44,754 nucleotides of DNA from an uncultured Bacteroidales bacterium. Its GTDB lineage: Bacteria; Bacteroidota; Bacteroidia; Bacteroidales; Paludibacteraceae. The notes beneath the pieces are model-generated. The model did not search any database. It was not told where the DNA came from and saw nothing but the letters and a program-made list of their open reading frames with translations. Positions 43,264-44,754 of this stretch are shown here, piece by piece. The position numbers and the translations under genes are program-made. The stretch's first letter is position 1, and every line of letters starts with the position of its first letter. The stretch spans positions 1 to 44,754 of the forward strand of contig CALAUY010000049.1 in assembly GCA_937892015.1 (NCBI GenBank), in the 5' to 3' direction.

Positions 43264-44715
43264 TTAGATAAATTTATTTTTTGAATCTTCATTTTGTCTG
43301 CGCCCCTTTTGCACTTGGTCGCGCATGTTGTTATTGCACCACGTGTTGGCATACTCGTAGATGCCGCGCTTCTCCAGCTCTTCCATCACCTGCGGTCCGA
43401 TGGCGTGAAGCAGTTTGCACGCCTCGTCTGCATCCACGCAATAGGCCACCGTGAAGTGGTCCATCATCGCCTTGTGCCAGCCCAACTCGTGGGCACACAG
43501 CGTCAGCAGCACATTCGTTTGCCAGATATACTCCAACTTGCAAGCGTGCTGTAGCGCCGAGTAGGCTTTACGGAAGCGACCCATGCCCATGAACGCGCCG
43601 CCCATCATCGTGTAGGACGCCGCTGTGGGGAACTCCCTTGTTAGTCGTTCGAACACCGCTATCGCATCTTCCACGCGGCCTAGTTGGGTGTACTGGTCGG
43701 CGAGCACGGACAACTGGTAGGCCGTGGCATCCTCGCCTTCTGCGCGAATCAGGTCGGCCAGCAGCGCACTAGCTATCTCCGCCTCCTTGGCATCGGCGAA
43801 GAAGAACGCCACACGCTCCACCAACTCCCAGTCGTCGGGACTGGTCATAAGTGCTTTCCACCCCCATTCGACGGCTTGCTCCGTACGGTCGCGCTCGTGG
43901 TCCAGTCGCGCCAAGAAGAGGTAGATATTCGCCCGCTGCTCATAGTCGGCATGCTCAGCGGCCTCTTGCCCATATTGGTAAGCCTCGTCTATACGCTCGG
44001 TGTGCAAGCAGCATTGCGCCTTCATCACCATGCTGTCAGCGTTCTCGGGATTGATGGCCATCGCATAGTCGCAGCACTCCTCCGCCTCTTTCCATTGCTC
44101 CTTGTCCATATAGATGCCGCTTTTGGCCAGCCATGCCTCCAAGCAGAATGAGTCAACCTCCAGCGCACGGTCGGCGCATTGCAGCACCTCCTCTGCCTTA
44201 CCCACACGGTTCAGGCAGAACAGCAAGCCCAGCATGGCGCGCAGGTCGTCCGGCACTGCTTCCAAGCAGCGGCGGTAGTACCGAATGGCGATGGAATACT
44301 GTCCCGCATTCAAGAAACCTACCCCAAGGTCGTACGCCACCATCGGGTCATCGAACTCCATCGCACGCTCCGCCCAACTGATGGCCTCCGTCACACGCCC
44401 CAATCGAGCCAGTGCGCCCGAGCGCAACATCAAGTGAAGCAGGTTGTCCTCCATGAACACCGACTCCAGCAACGTCATACATTCCTCAGGACGGTCGTCC
44501 ATCAGCGCGTACTCTGCCTGGAGCGAGATTGTCACCAGTTCCGTCGGATGCAACGTCTCTGCCAACTTAAGCACGTCCTCCAGCGCGTCCATGTCACTCG
44601 AGCCCGCGTAATAATGGAATATTTCATCCAACTCCATCGGATCGAAGTACATTGATGCACCGGCCGCTTTCTGATGCTCGTATTGCTCTACTATTTGAGG
44701 TTTCTCTTCTTCCAC
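43264..44715 (-). CDS. tetratricopeptide (TPR) repeat protein
   Basis: About 483 aa of repeated 34-aa helical units (A..YY.R.LE..P; EA..W..KAL...P). The start is uncertain: GTG at 44715 or an internal ATG. It is first in the string TPR-glyQS-tamB-comM. Confidence 0.7.
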   Translation of the reverse strand: MEEEKPQIVEQYEHQKAAGASMYFDPMELDEIFHYYAGSSDMDALEDVLKLAETLHPTELVTISLQAEYALMDDRPEECMTLLESVFMEDNLLHLMLRSGALARLGRVTEAISWAERAMEFDDPMVAYDLGVGFLNAGQYSIAIRYYRRCLEAVPDDLRAMLGLLFCLNRVGKAEEVLQCADRALEVDSFCLEAWLAKSGIYMDKEQWKEAEECCDYAMAINPENADSMVMKAQCCLHTERIDEAYQYGQEAAEHADYEQRANIYLFLARLDHERDRTEQAVEWGWKALMTSPDDWELVERVAFFFADAKEAEIASALLADLIRAEGEDATAYQLSVLADQYTQLGRVEDAIAVFERLTREFPTAASYTMMGGAFMGMGRFRKAYSALQHACKLEYIWQTNVLLTLCAHELGWHKAMMDHFTVAYCVDADEACKLLHAIGPQVMEELEKRGIYEYANTWCNNNMRDQVQKGRRQNEDSKNKFI

Positions 44716-44754
44716 TATAGTTCGTTATTCTTTACTTTCTTTTTACGTCCCACT

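Noticed and set aside
1-44754. tRNA, rRNA or tmRNA genes; integrase, transposase or phage genes; classical defence systems (restriction-modification, CBASS, abortive infection and similar).
   Set aside because: Scanning the intergenic regions by eye gave no cloverleaf-like or rRNA-like sequence. No ORF shows recombinase, transposase, capsid, nuclease-methylase or cyclase signatures. The only toxin-antitoxin trace is the eroded HepT-like stub at 15210-15311. A proper tRNAscan or Infernal run is still advisable.

Overview
This 44.8-kb chromosomal window reads as Bacteroidota, probably Prevotellaceae-like. That taxon call is inference from gene content: a SusD fragment, TTTG/TAnnTTTG promoter motifs, TamB, a short-CHR pair and NfnAB. 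All family calls come from motif recognition by eye; no searches were run, and hand-counted coordinates of non-CDS features may be off by 1-2 nt. Left part (1-8.9 kb): a GH97 glycosidase, dnaA with DnaA-box-like motifs, an MlaD-like protein, an AmiC-like amidase with a SPOR domain, folB, a stand-alone class II RNR C-terminal-like protein, a nitroreductase and a 5'-truncated MFS transporter gene. At about 8.92 kb the truncated MFS gene (- strand) abuts a 5'-truncated susD-like gene (+ strand). This is a deletion or rearrangement scar, or an assembly joint, that removes the head of a PUL-like locus. The remnant locus (9-25.4 kb, all + strand) is the most unusual part. It has two lipoproteins followed by four very large signal-peptide proteins: a GHL10-like hydrolase, a 1497-aa mosaic adhesin-like protein, a NAGPA-type phosphodiester glycosidase, and a TolB-propeller plus Amidase_3 protein. 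All four end in the same ~25-aa C-terminal tag (K-[IV]-x-[ED]-N-G-Q-x-x-I-I-x-x-G-x-R-Y-T-[VL]-x-G). Right part (25.4-44.7 kb, all - strand) is housekeeping: a chromate-transporter pair, an SLT-domain protein, udk, nfnAB-like genes, deoC, psd, pyrE, comM/yifB, tamB, glyQS and a TPR protein. Its intergenic spacers are unusually full of 7-11-bp tandem repeats and carry a dispersed 36-bp repeat family. An 820-bp repeat-dense non-coding spacer (33.2-34.0 kb) lies next to an orphan Arg/His-rich ~500-aa protein in which I recognise no domain. I saw no rRNA or tRNA genes, no CRISPR array, no integrase or transposase, and no classical defence genes.
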